Counted from the stretch's first letter, positions 14,295 to 27,488 are shown. The stretch: 64,000 nt of DNA from Octopus bimaculoides (GCF_001194135.2 NC_068991.1:6986780-7050779), one strand, 5' to 3'. Translations and numbers: made by a program. Notes: generated by a model from the sequence alone, not told the origin.

Positions 14295-14378
14295 CCAGAA
14301 AGGCGCGAATGGTAAAGCCCATCCAGGTCAACGGTCAGGTCACGTTTTTCTTTCCTCGCACGTACTGTAGAGGTGTTA
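14295..14378 (-). CDS. YY1: Candidate alternative YY1 exon in intron 2 (84 nt, or 70 nt from the acceptor at 14364)
   Basis: Pyrimidine tract with two AGs 14 nt apart and a consensus donor GG|gtaagc. GC/CpG-richer than the flanks. The 84-nt form is open in frame: (R)NTSTVRARKEKRDLTVDLDGLYHSRLS(G). Confidence 0.5.
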
Positions 14379-16046
14379 CTAGATTAAGTAAAAGAGAAGG
14401 TCTTTATCAAGCAGCCTCAGACAGAAAGGAGAAAGAGAGAAAGAAGACAGAGAGGATATGTGTGTGAGTGTTGTATGTGTTCAGAAAGAGGTAACAAACA
14501 CCAGTTGAAATGCATGAAATGAGGTGTCTTTAGACTTTAACTGGTGATGGCTATAAGTTTGAGGAGCAGAAAATATATTCACTAGTGCTGCATAAAAAAG
14601 CAGTGGTGATCACACAAAAGACTATTTAAGCATATTGTTAAAATTATGCTGCATTTATAGTTAATGGCTTTGTCGTTTGGACAAAGATTATGCTATCCTT
14701 AGAAAGGGCCCTACAACATTCTTCAAAAATGGTATATAAAAAAATCTAATGTCTAAAAAAAGAAGGCATATAAAATAAAACCCAATGAACAATTGTGATC
14801 TAAACTATACAGGTAAATTTCTAAAGGTGATAAAGATAATTAAACTAATATAGATAATGTCAATAAGACAAAGAAATAAAGATGTAAAGTTATTTATTAT
14901 ATTATTATTGATATGAGTACCTATAAAAAAAAAACTATTATACTAAAAACATTTAAAATTCCCTTGTCTAATTAAAACAAAAGCCTAAATTCATTTTGAA
15001 GAGTCCTCAACGGTATAAAATGAAACAAATTTTAAATATTATTGAACAATTTCAAAGAAAAACAACAAAGAACACTTATTTAAACCATTTGGTTGATCCA
15101 AATATAATTTTCCAACTAATATTTCTGCATAACACCAGTTACATTTTTAATACAATATAAATTATTACCACCACCATCACTTAAGGGCTTCTGATACACA
15201 CATATATACACTTCTAAACAGTGTTAATAAATTGATATTAAATACATCTTTGTTACCTTCAAATTAAAATCAATTTATGCCAGTATTGGAGACATTAATA
15301 CAACAGTAAAAAAGCTTAATGTGATCTGCTTCCAATAGAAACAGCTAAATTTCTATTTATTTTTAGTAGAGTAAAGAAACTTGTGGAAAATAATTTCAGA
15401 TATATAATCGAAAGTTTTATAAGAAAAGATCAGGATAAAATTTCACACAAGCAATGCCTGGTGTAACATGCAAAAAAGCATGCTGGCTGTAATTCCTGCC
15501 ATTATTCTAACCGATATCATTTCCTATAAGTTTATGTGTGTATATGTCTGCGTGTCTGTGAGAGAGAGAGCGTATATATATACATAGTTACAAGTGTATG
15601 TTTTTCTGGGGGGGAAAAAAAAAGTATTTGAGAAATGATTTGTGCAGAAGTGAAATAAAGAAGCCATTAGTTGCCATTAAATTCTCAAGCATGAAAACTA
15701 TTTCTGTTTACAATTTTGGGGCTAGAAAAGTTTGTGAAATATCACTTTTGTACCAGCATTTTATTTTTTTTAAATGAAGCATATTCATAAATATTTACAT
15801 GCTGTGACACATTTTCAATTTTTTTAATTGATCTTCCCTTTCGAAAGCTTTCAATACAAGCATTCATTTACTTTGCAGCTCGTAAAAATTATCAATTCAT
15901 TAATTTCTAAACAACTGACAACTAATGAACAACTTTGTGGTAAGTGATGTGGTGGAATAGTGAATAGAATATTGAAAATTCAAATCTTAAATCAAACATT
16001 TTCACAGAAGGCCAGAAACAGCATTGCAACTATATTGATAGCTTAC

Positions 16047-16203
16047 CGTGCAAATTCTGCCAGCTGTTTCGGATCACTTAAATCAAGCCCAGGTATGCCA
16101 CCTGGTGGAAGCTTTTTCCCTGTCATATATTCAGTAAAATCTGCATCTGTTTCAGAGACACTCGACACACTTTCATCTTCCAGCTTGGATTTATCTTCAG
16201 ATC
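16047..16203 (-). CDS. YY1: YY1 coding exon 2
   Basis: Acceptor tttcag|GA and donor CG|gtaagc; 157 nt, phase 1 to 2. Encodes (G)SEDK...FTEYMTGKKLPPGGIPGLDLSDPKQLAEFA(R), the conserved YY1 spacer. Confidence 0.97.
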
Positions 16204-16473
16204 CTGAAAAAAAATAAATAAATAAAGAAAGTTCAAAATTATTATGTATGAAGGGACAAAATGTGGCTTTCAGATCTTCAACTCTAATAACAAAATCCTC
16301 CCACATTTGGGTTCCCATTTAACAGAAAAACATCTGACATATCAAATTCATTGCATACATGCTCTGTTAGCGATTATGCTGTTATCTTTCAACATATCTT
16401 CATTTTTTTTAATGTACTTATTTCTAAGAAAAAGCTGTGTCCTCCATTCACATCAGGCCCACTTGGACTAGAA

Positions 16474-16712
16474 CAAGGCTTCTCAACTGCAATGCATATA
16501 AGATTTTGTGGTTAAACTATCTTGTCGTTAAATTGATCATATATTTCTACAATACACAAAATATTTTCAGTTTTTTTTTATAAAATTCCAAATATTTAAT
16601 TATGAAAATATAATGGGATAATTTTTTTAAAACATTGAATGGCTATTAGGGTCCACCCAAATAAAATAGGAATCAAAGGGGTCCGTTGGTAAAAAGTGGT
16701 CAAGAACCACTG
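16474..16712. mobile_element. hAT(Charlie)-like MITE, degenerate
   Basis: Ends CAAGGCTTCTCAAC and GTCAAGAACCACTG; flanks GACTAGAA and ATCTAGAG share the CTAGA target core. Confidence 0.6.
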
Positions 16713-17890
16713 ATCTAGAGAATAAGAAGTCACTACATCTTAAACACCAATTCTTTTATTTGTTTCAGTCATTTGACTGCGGCCATGCTGGAGCACCGTC
16801 TTTAGTCGAACAAATTGATCCCAGGACTCAATCTTTGTAAATACATTAGCTATAATAATCTCTCTATTATAGCTCTATCATCCAATTGCTTTTTCTATTT
16901 TTATTTACTTTGTATGGAATGTCGGAGATAATGTCTAGCATCTGTGTTGCATATATGTGGTGCTGACAAAATTTTTTGTTTGTGTAAGGAGAGCTGCAAG
17001 TGGTTAAAGTTGATGAGGTCAGACCTGGTTTATGTCACGACAGCATGTTAGCTCACACCACATATAGTAAAGTTAAAGAAGGAAGAACAGAAGCCAGTCA
17101 TCAACTTATTAAACTGATGAGTTCAAGTACTCATTCTAGATTTTGACATCAGCAGAAACTGAATATCCTTCCAACACTATCAATGGTACAAAACACCAGA
17201 TAACAAGTACAGAATGATGCCACTGTCGAGTGAGTCTAATCTGAGATGTAAGAGAATACTTGTGACAGAGGACTTCTTTGGCTTGTTTTGGGGTGAGACA
17301 GAAATTTGATAGTTGGGTGGGGTTAGAGTTAGTATGTGGCTGTGTCTTAAAAACTGAGGAACAGTATTGTTACATTGTGATGAGTTGAAGACAGGTAAAT
17401 GATGTACAGGTTGAATTAGAAGAAGCAAATAAAACTGATCCACTGTGATATTCCAATGAATTAAGGAGAGATTGCATTGTTAAATTTAACATAAGTTTAC
17501 CACCCTGAGAGATTGTTCAATAGAGGAAGTGAGTGATAGTTCTTAGCAGTTAATGGAAGCTAGTTCAAATGCTTTGCTAATCCAATAAAGCAAACACAAT
17601 ATTTTCATTTGCAAAATATTAATTGACAAGAGGAGGAAGTATAAACACAACTTCACTAACAAAAATAATAACAAATTTTAAAATATTTCCTAGAAGGCAT
17701 TTCTTAGCAAGATACTATATTTAATATAATCAAAAATAAATGCTCGCAAACACACAAAGGCTGAGACTTATGACAATATATAGCAATTCATAATGATCTG
17801 TTACCTTGATTCACTGCAAATTTCTTGCTGCATAACACAATACTCTTCATAACAAAAACAAAACCCAGTAGTATTACCAAGTTTTATGTA

Positions 17891-18090
17891 TATCATCATC
17901 ATTTAACATCCGTTGTCCATGCTGGCACTGGTTGGACAGTTTGACCAGAGTTGGTACAACAGGTTTCTTTCAGTTTCCGTCTACCACTCATAAGACTATA
18001 GTAGAAGACACTTGTCCAAGGTGCCACACAGTGGGACTGAACCCAGAACCATGTGGTTGGGTAGCAAGCTTCTTCGTACTACACAGCCAC
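17891..18090 (-). mobile_element. Chimeric SINE: family B tRNA-like head joined to a family A tail
   Basis: A-type tail at 17891-17950 abuts GTAGAAGACACTTGTCCAAGGTGCC...GGGACTGAACCC...ACACAGCC (B head, reverse strand). Confidence 0.7.
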
Positions 18091-20954
18091 TCGTGTGCCT
18101 CTATGTGTATGTGGGGATTCTTTCTTGATATTTTAATGGGCAAGATGTTAGAAATTAGTTCCAGTAGGATTTAAGTATGTTGCTTGTGCTGAGATGTTAA
18201 AATGAATTTTGTTATGAATAACATCCCTCAAATATCTAAACAGCTTATATTTTGAGTACTTTGGTTTCCATGTTTTAGGGAAACTAGCAGTTGAATGTTT
18301 AGACTGTTTTAGATTGTACCTAATATTATGGTCCAACATGGCTTATGTTTTGATTGTGGATCAATATACTTCTTGTAATTTTCTCCTGTATCATGTTTTG
18401 CCATAGAATTCTCAGAAGTATTAATCTCTACTGGTTGTAGATATATCTTCTAAGTGCTGTGTGAACTACATTGTGGGAATTACTGTTTTTAAGTCTTATG
18501 AAGGAGGACTATGTGTTTGATGTCCCCTATAGAGTGGAAGCCATACTTATTGTATGATGTTACTGGTTGGTTATTATTATTATCTAAAAGGTTCCATCCC
18601 ATAGTGATCATACATAATAAGTGCCATCTACTTGTATTACTTAGAAAGACAACAGTGGTGAATTTGTTTGGCATGGCAGTAGGATTTTTGATGAATGTTA
18701 GTTTTAGTAGACGTGGACGAAAGAAAGGTATTGTTGAATAAAAGACAACTCTTCCCTTGCAACAATAATGTAATCTAAAACAATGCCAAAGCTAAACAGA
18801 TTTTTTTTTCCCATGTTAACCTATCTTAAAAGCAGCAAGAGCACGTTCAACAAAATTTTCCAGGATTAGAGACAGTTGATGAACGTAAAAGAGTTTGCAG
18901 AGTTAATTACTAACCGTTATCCCAACAATTCATATTGTCTCTCTAGAGAGAAACTTACCTTCTATTGTCAAGTTTTCAGAGAAATAACATGAAATGGATG
19001 TTGAGGATAAAATTATAAGGTAAATAGCATATTTTATTTGAACCAGTAACCATTCACACAGTTTAACAAGCTTTGCTTTAAATGTTCTATCACGATAATT
19101 AAAATAAACCAGTCACTGCTCATATATTTCTAATAGTGAAAAGTCAAGTTATGAAAGAAGCTTCAAACTAATATTTAATTTAAATGTCACATAAATTAAA
19201 TATTTGGACAAATGACACAAGTGTGGATGTATGGTTAAAAAAGTTCGCTTGGCAATTACTGGTGTTTATTTGTTTTATTAAACCTTCCAAGGCGGTGCCC
19301 CAGTATGGTCACAGCCCAATGAGTGAAACAAGGGAATAAAAGATGCCAATTATTCAGAAAAATCTATTGAATTCGGTGTAGCTACATTTCAGATAATTAA
19401 ACGATGAAAAACATCCAAGCGATACAGCAGAAATTTATTTTACACACACTCAATGTTAATGAAAACAAATTTACAATTGTTTTCGCATCGATCCAGATTG
19501 ACTGCATTACTGTATACACACAACTCGGCGATGGAGCAACGCAATTTTACAATCATGAAAATACATGAATAAAAGCTCCGTTCATTCTGTGTTTTCTCTT
19601 TAAATCTTTCATCTATTTTCAAATATTTTCAGTTATTTTATGGGTACACAATAGCCTTCAGGATTTACAAAAATTATTTCCTGACCTGCTAGATCGTGTA
19701 TTACTCATTTAAGTCCAGTTCATTACACCTGTCGTAAACTTTACTTTATTTTTTTTGTTAATCATTAATTTTAAAACCAAAAGAGCTTCCGTTGCATTCG
19801 TAAATTATATTTTGGTATATCAAAGATAGTGTGATTGTCCAGCCCAGGTAGGGCAAACCTTCAATCAAAGGCATTCCAGACACGATCGTTGTGTCTTTAT
19901 TTGAAACACATTGTCTAAGGACTACATTGTCCTGTGATTCGGTGACGATTTGGTTGATATTTCTAGCAGGCTAATAATCCCTGTGAATCCCGCAGAATAA
20001 TTAGATTGTATTGTGCAATACAACGGAATACAGTTTTAGATTAAATGCACCAATGAGTTTAACAAGTTTATAGCAGAGGATTCGTTAGTATATAAAAAGA
20101 AAAACGATCAACATCCGAACGCTTCCTGTAAATTTTTGATGACAATATCTTAACGTTTACGGAAGTGATAAAGGAGCAGGCTAGTTGTTTGGGTTAGACA
20201 AGAATAACAATAATAAGCTACTTGTATCAAGAAATGAACGAAGAAAACGACGGAATAAACATTTCGAAATAATTCCATTATAATTTAGAAGCGTACAAAA
20301 TAAATCAGACACAGAAAAGAAAACGAGGAGAGAAATTACGCCATAGGAAATAGTTTAACACACGATCTTCTTTAAGTGAATGCTGTAGCGTTATATTAGT
20401 GTAATCACAAAATCAATTTATATTTGATAAGGAAAAATAATATTTTCTTCCCTTTCAAAGATATATAATATAAAAATTAAAAACCAACAAAAGCTGGTAG
20501 TGAAACTGCCTCGACTTATTTCGTTACACAGCAGCCAGAAAAATTTTAAATGCAGATAATAACCAATTGTTTATTTTAGAAAGCATTAATCGATTTATAT
20601 ACACGAAATAATGTTAAAATTATAGAGTTTGTTTGATTTTTATTTCCATATCAACTTACCTAAATGAAGTGAAAATCGTGAAATATACATCCACACAGCA
20701 GCGCGCACTTGCTGGCAGCCATGAAGCACACACACACACACATACATACGTATACAAACACATAGACAATAGTGAAGAGACTCTACAACAGATCATGGAA
20801 ATTTGACCAGTTTAAAGCTTGATTATAAAAATAAATATCATAAAACTATACTATAACTTGTTATAAAAATTTTTTACTGAAATTTATTAGGCTAATAGAG
20901 TTCTCAATTGAATATTTCCCTTCGAATTTCAAGGACGACCAAGTTAGTGTTCAC

Positions 20955-21035
20955 AAAAATGGCCGCCATCCGCCATAGTATATTTTCCGCCATATTCTCA
21001 GAATATGGCGGCGCCCATGGAAATCATGATGGCCG
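20955..21035. promoter_or_regulatory. Cluster of YY1-binding motifs in YY1 intron 1
   Basis: Six GCCAT/ATGGC cores in about 75 bp: AAAATGGCCG, CCGCCATC, CCGCCATAG, CCGCCATATT, AATATGGCGG, GATGGCCG. Includes a perfect 12-bp inverted repeat at 20987-21011. Confidence 0.8.
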
Positions 21036-21340
21036 ACTTCAAAATCAAAACAAACATGTGTATAGCTAACAATATTCATCAAAGATGACTTAAAATAGGG
21101 TCCAGCTTTCTTTAAAATGAATACAGAGCGGCTACATAAAATGCCCCAGTTTGTGGCTTACGTCACAGAGAAGCTATGACCTTTTCAACATAGATTTATT
21201 GACTTTCTTTCTCGAACAGCAGCTTATCGGTCTAGGGTTTGACGGAAAGACTCGATATAAGCAAGAAACGATATCGAGTTAATAAAAATAATCAGTGTAT
21301 TCGGGATGATACAAAACAGATAATCAAAGTAGAGAAATCA

Positions 21341-22193
<853 letters not shown>

Positions 22194-22275
22194 ATGGGTG
22201 CCAAAGTTTCTAGGACAGATTTTGAATGGTCTTACACCCAAGAACCACATGCTTCACGAAGAAAAGCAATAATGG
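22194..22275 (+). CDS. DEGS1: Sphingolipid delta4-desaturase (DEGS1/2 family) exon 1 (not in the ORF track)
   Basis: Encodes [27 protein letters not shown] plus G|gtaagg (82 nt). Matches the DEGS N-terminal Lipid_DES motif, with Gly2 as a potential myristoylation site. Confidence 0.95.
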
Positions 22276-23751
22276 GTAAGGAAATATATACGATTACATT
22301 ATATTTCTCTTAATAAAAAACGCCAAATGGTTCCTCCATCTTCTTTGATGCCCAGACAATGTCAATAGGATGCTGTTCCTGCTTTTATTTCCTCTCCATT
22401 ACAAATAACTCCCACAAAATCCCTACCAGTTGCTCGACTTAATCCTTTTCTTTCTTATTTGTTTTACTTGTCATTTCTTAATTAAACCGTGTTAACCCAC
22501 TGTCATTAAGAAATCTGTTATTCAGACACGTTTCATCTTTGTTCTATTTTCCGTATATGGTCGGAGGCTGTTTCCTTCATCTTATTTCTATTCGTTGTCT
22601 TTATATATATTTTTTCGATTATGAATTTGTTTTTTTTTTCTTTCATTATAGAGGATTAATTGATCGTTTAAAAAGTATAATTGTAACTCTTTTTTCGCAG
22701 TACATATGTTTAACTTGTATGTGTGCGCGTATGTATGTAGCGTGGATATTTGCTGTTACATTTTGTGGAATGTGCCTGTGGGGTGAGTGTCTGTGTGTGT
22801 AACTGTTTTTATGATCGTATGTGTGTTTGCACACACTTCACCTTGTGGACTTGTCACACTGCTTGCGATAGATTTTAGCTGTGAAGAAACTAACTGTAAA
22901 TTAAATACATTTCGGATAATTCCGTTAAATCGGATCTCATCCAGCATATACAATCTACATCGAAGCGAAAAAAATTCTTTTAGCTAAAATCCTTTTAATA
23001 GCTTCAATTCTAAATGTTTAAGATGTTTAATTAAACTTCTAAAGGAGAACTTTATTTCATCTGTGACTGTAATAGCGGTGGAATTTCGGAATAAACACCC
23101 ACCCATTACTTTTTTCCTCACGAAAATTCCTGTGGTTTCCTATTTGTGATATATCGGGGGTGCAGTTCTCAAACTTTGTGTTTCGAGGTACGCAGCCGGC
23201 CGTAACTTTTATTTTTAACCTTTGATTTTTACTTGTTTCATGCTGAAGCACCGCCTTGAATTTTANNNNNNNNNNNNNNNNNNNNNNNNNNNNNNNNNNN
23301 NNNNNNNNNNNNNNNNNNNNNNNNNNNNNNNNNNNNNNNNNNNNNNNNNNNNNNNNNNNNNNNNNNNNNNNNNNNNNNNNNNNNNNNNNNNNNNNNNNNN
23401 NNNNNNNNNNNNNNNNNNNNNNNNNNNNNNNNNNNNNNNNNNNNNNNNNNNNGGGAGCAAAACTTAGCCACACCCGCGCTTTTCTCTCAATTTTTTTTTT
23501 TTTTTATCTTTTCTAAATTATGTTTTAAGCACTTGTAACGATTAATGACTAGTGAAAAAGGAATTGGCACTTATCATTTTCTGCAGGCTGTCTACGGTTC
23601 CTCTTTGAGTTTTGGTTAGATCCCTTTCACTTACATTAATGTGTGTCTGACCTTTTCATCTAGGACTATAAAATTTGATTTGAATACGGTATACAACGAA
23701 GAGCCGGTATTTGAAGCTACACGTTTTGCACTTGTCATTGATGAAGTAGCC

Positions 23752-23994
23752 CAGGAGTTAACCTTATTTTAATTGTGGACCCCTTGAGAGCTATCTTACC
23801 ATCTGTGGACCCTAACTAACAATGAAACAATTTCGTTATTTTCATAACATAAATTCCAAATACAAATCTTGAAAATTTCAATAAATACAGGTTCCTCTCC
23901 TAGTAAACCAAATTTATACATTGGACCCACAGATTACAATTTTTCACTTGTGGACCTCCTTAAAGCTTCCGTGGACACTGGCTAGGAATCCCTA
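23752..23994. mobile_element. hAT-like MITE, degenerate
   Basis: Repeated GTGGACC(C) subterminal motifs; flanks AAGTAGCC and ATGTAGCC (7/8) suggest an 8-bp TSD. Confidence 0.5.
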
Positions 23995-24894
23995 ATGTAG
24001 CCAAATCTGATGGTATAGAACTCAACATGTAGGTCCCTCGATAATGCAACGTTCGTTGATAATCATCTCAGTCTTTCAGTCGCTTCATAACGAGTAACAA
24101 CATGCTCTTCTTATCTAACTTGGCTTCAAAACTAAAATCAGCTTTCCGTTTCCAATAATACATTTGATGATTACCAGGAATCAATATCTATAATGTCTTC
24201 TTTGTTGTTGATGATTTCTCTTCTAATCAATCAAAATCACTCCTAACACGAGTCATTATCCCAAGACAATAGAGAACACACACACACTCAAAAAGGACTT
24301 TTGCAAACATTTTTTCCTGAGTCAAAGATAGATCTTAGGATGTTGTTTCTTGTAGAGAAACAAATGATTTGCATTTCATCTACAATTAATATAATGGGAG
24401 ATGACCTCCACAATCAATGCTTTTCATTTGTCATCCATTGATAAAGGGCAAAATCTTAATATTCCATCACAACCCTGGGGATATCCTCAGCTCCGAAGAA
24501 CGGTGCATATCTAAAATAATTTTAGGCACCAAGCGTTGCAAACTCAGTAGCGGTAGATTGCTTAAGACACGCAGAAGTCAACAGCGTAATAAAATATACA
24601 CTGCTAGAGCTTGGAATTCCCAGCCCTTATGAGTTTTGATTGCAGTGACACGCTCAGACGAAAGGGAATGATATTATTCCATAGAAACAAGGAAAGTATC
24701 CATTTTGGGACTCGACCGTCATGGACACAAATTGCTTGATTTTTACATAGTTTAATGTAATGTACACCCAACTTCTGTACTTTTGCATGCAGAGAAAATG
24801 AAATGTAACCAATATTGTAATTTATGTGGATATTATCTATTTCAACTGGCAACATATGAAACTAGCAACACTTGTGGAACCTCCACTACCAAGT

Positions 24895-25140
24895 TCAGGG
24901 CCCCGACGGAATAACCCTCTTCCCATACGAGGTTGGCAGTTCCTTTATCTGGGACGCGGCCTGCTGTGACATGGTTTCCGGTCCCAACTTTGCTGCATCG
25001 GTCGCACACCCATATATCACTGCCTGTGATGAAGAGAAAGATAGAACAAAATACAAGAGCTTGACCGGCTGCTGCCAATTTGTGGCTGTTGCAATGAATG
25101 TTGCTGGCCATTCTCCACGGCAACGCCATTTGTTTTGGGG
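24895..25140 (+). mobile_element. Relic of a restriction-like endonuclease domain of an early-branching (CRE/R2-group) non-LTR retrotransposon
   Basis: GPDGITLFPYEVGSSFIWDAAC...KDRTKYKSL...FVAVAM resembles RPDG.T..PW..G..L.WD.TC...K..KY..L....F.P.A.E. Confidence 0.6.
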
Positions 25141-25393
25141 TGTACAACCTGTTACTTCCCCACCCCCATTTTTTTCTCTGTTTCCTTGGTAAGGTAGTTA
25201 TGGGTATTTTTTCGCTATAATTTGATATTCTATACTTTAATGTTTTTTCTTTTCTTTTTTTTTTTTCCTTTTTGTAAAAATGTTACTAAAACATCAAATA
25301 GTGAAATTTCAGAATTAAGTTGTTGTAGATATTGGCCAAGTCTTGTGAGGTTGTATGTCTGCTTCATTGAATTTAATTGGAACTTGGCAAGCT

Positions 25394-25440
<47 letters not shown>

Positions 25441-27024
25441 CGCTACAGCCCAAGTATAACTGATTATATTTAATAATCATTATTTGTACAAATTAAGGTG
25501 GCAAGCTGCCAGAATCATTAGCCTGCCAGACAAAAATGCCTAATAGTATTTCATCCGTCTTTTCATTCTGAGTTCAAATTCCACTGAGACTGACCTTGCT
25601 TTTCATCCTTTTAGGGTCCATAAGTACCAGTTGAGCACTGAGGTTGATGTGATCAACTACCCCTACTCCTTCCCCTAAGTTTCAGTCCTTGGGCCTATAG
25701 TAGAAAGGAGTATTTGTACAAATTGATTTTGGCAAACAAATCAACCCTACTCCCTGTACTTATTTCCCAAGTCTGGTATTTATTCTATCAGTCTCTTTGC
25801 TCAAACCGCTAAGTTATGGGAATGTAAACAAATGCCAGTTGTCAAACAGTGAAAGAGTGTGTGTGATAGACGTTCACACAGTCTCAGTCTTCCAAATTCA
25901 CTCACAAAGAATTAGTTGGCCTAGGTCTATAGTAGAAGACCCTTGTCCAAAGTGTTGTGCATTGGGACTGAACCCAAAACCATGTGATTGTAAAGCAAGT
26001 TTCCTAACCACACAGCTGTGTCTTCTGTGTTTCGTATTTCTTTATGTCCATTGAGAAATACAGTACTAAAATATCAATTTGTCTTACTCCCTTACCGTTA
26101 AAGATTCATTCCTCTATCTAAAAAAAAAGGTCATTAGCATCACAAAATGACAATTACAGAGATCCAGTATGTTAGTAATTGCACTACTTTCATTTATATC
26201 ATCTGTGTTACTTAGACTGGCTGAATCTAACAGGTTGTAATGATTAGGTTTGTGTAATTATAACAGAGGGCAGCTGTCAACGGTATATGCTGACACTAAA
26301 CTAAGCTGACATTTCTCAGAAAATGACACCACTCTGTAGTGCTTACTTGTTTAGATAATATAGTGACATGAATAGTAAACTCATGTATGTATTTTTCCTT
26401 CCCCCTAGCTATTTACATATTAAGACAAGAGGGATCCATTTACATGTTCAGAGCAAAATAAAAATGCAGTTTTGGAATATATGCATACATGTTAGTGTAT
26501 GTAGAGACCATATATGACACGTGATACTACCTAGGAAACTTGCTCACCTTCATTGGTTTCAAGTTGATAGGTCTCTCCATTCTTCTGCAACTTTCACGAG
26601 ATGTATCATGCTAAACAGGCCGACTAAAAACTGGATGTAACTTGTGCAGAACAGTTAATGATTTGCAAGTCAGACTTGTTATGCTGAGGAAAGTTTCATT
26701 TTCATATTGAACATTGCTTCATAAATCAAATTAGTTTATATTAAGGATTTTCTACCTTGTCCCCCAAATCCTGCTTACAGGAAAAGCAATGGTCAAATCA
26801 GTTGACTATGTCAAGATTTCTTCATTTTCAGTGAGCTAATAAGCTTTGTCATTTTATTTTGTTGTTATTGTATAGTTACAGATCAGCTCTTATCAGGCAG
26901 TCATATAGTACACAGGTAGTTGATTGAATGATTTGGGCTGACTCACAGATCTATTTTTCCATTCACTCTTTGTTTCCACCTGTGAAGCATTGTACATTCT
27001 GATAAATGAATACACACACACTCG

Positions 27025-27066
<42 letters not shown>

Positions 27067-27076
27067 AGATATATTT

Positions 27077-27203
27077 ATTTATCAACAGCTATATAAACAC
27101 ACAGACAGCCTGTAACTTGTTTGATAAGTGCCAATAGAATGATGGCACTTATCAAACTAGTTACAGTCTGAAGGTCTGTGTGTTTATATAGCTGTTGATA
27201 AAT
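27077..27203. repeat. Near-perfect 127-nt palindrome between TA/CT microsatellites
   Basis: 57/61-nt arms, 9-nt loop (27134-27142), one 4-nt indel and 2 mismatches. Confidence 0.9.
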
Positions 27204-27488
27204 CTTTCTATCTCTCTCTCTCTATCTATCTATCTATATATATACAATTACTACTAGGTTAACTTGCATTGTGACATTCTGTTTGTCAGCTGTTAGAGAT
27301 TACAATGGTTTTCACTCTTTCAGTGTTGCTCCCAATCAGCAGTATCAAGAAGCAATGATACTGCCAGGGAAAGTCCAGATTCTTTTGGCCTACATTATAA
27401 CATAATTTTATTTCTACATAGTCATGATGTAACCACCTTAACCATTCAGCATCTAATTTCTTATTGCTATATGGCCCTATGTGGTGAA

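Noticed and set aside
24300-24860. Possible decayed P-element-type transposase on the minus strand (IILIVDEMQI)
   Set aside because: Only one short motif amid stops and frameshifts; it needs a translated search to support.
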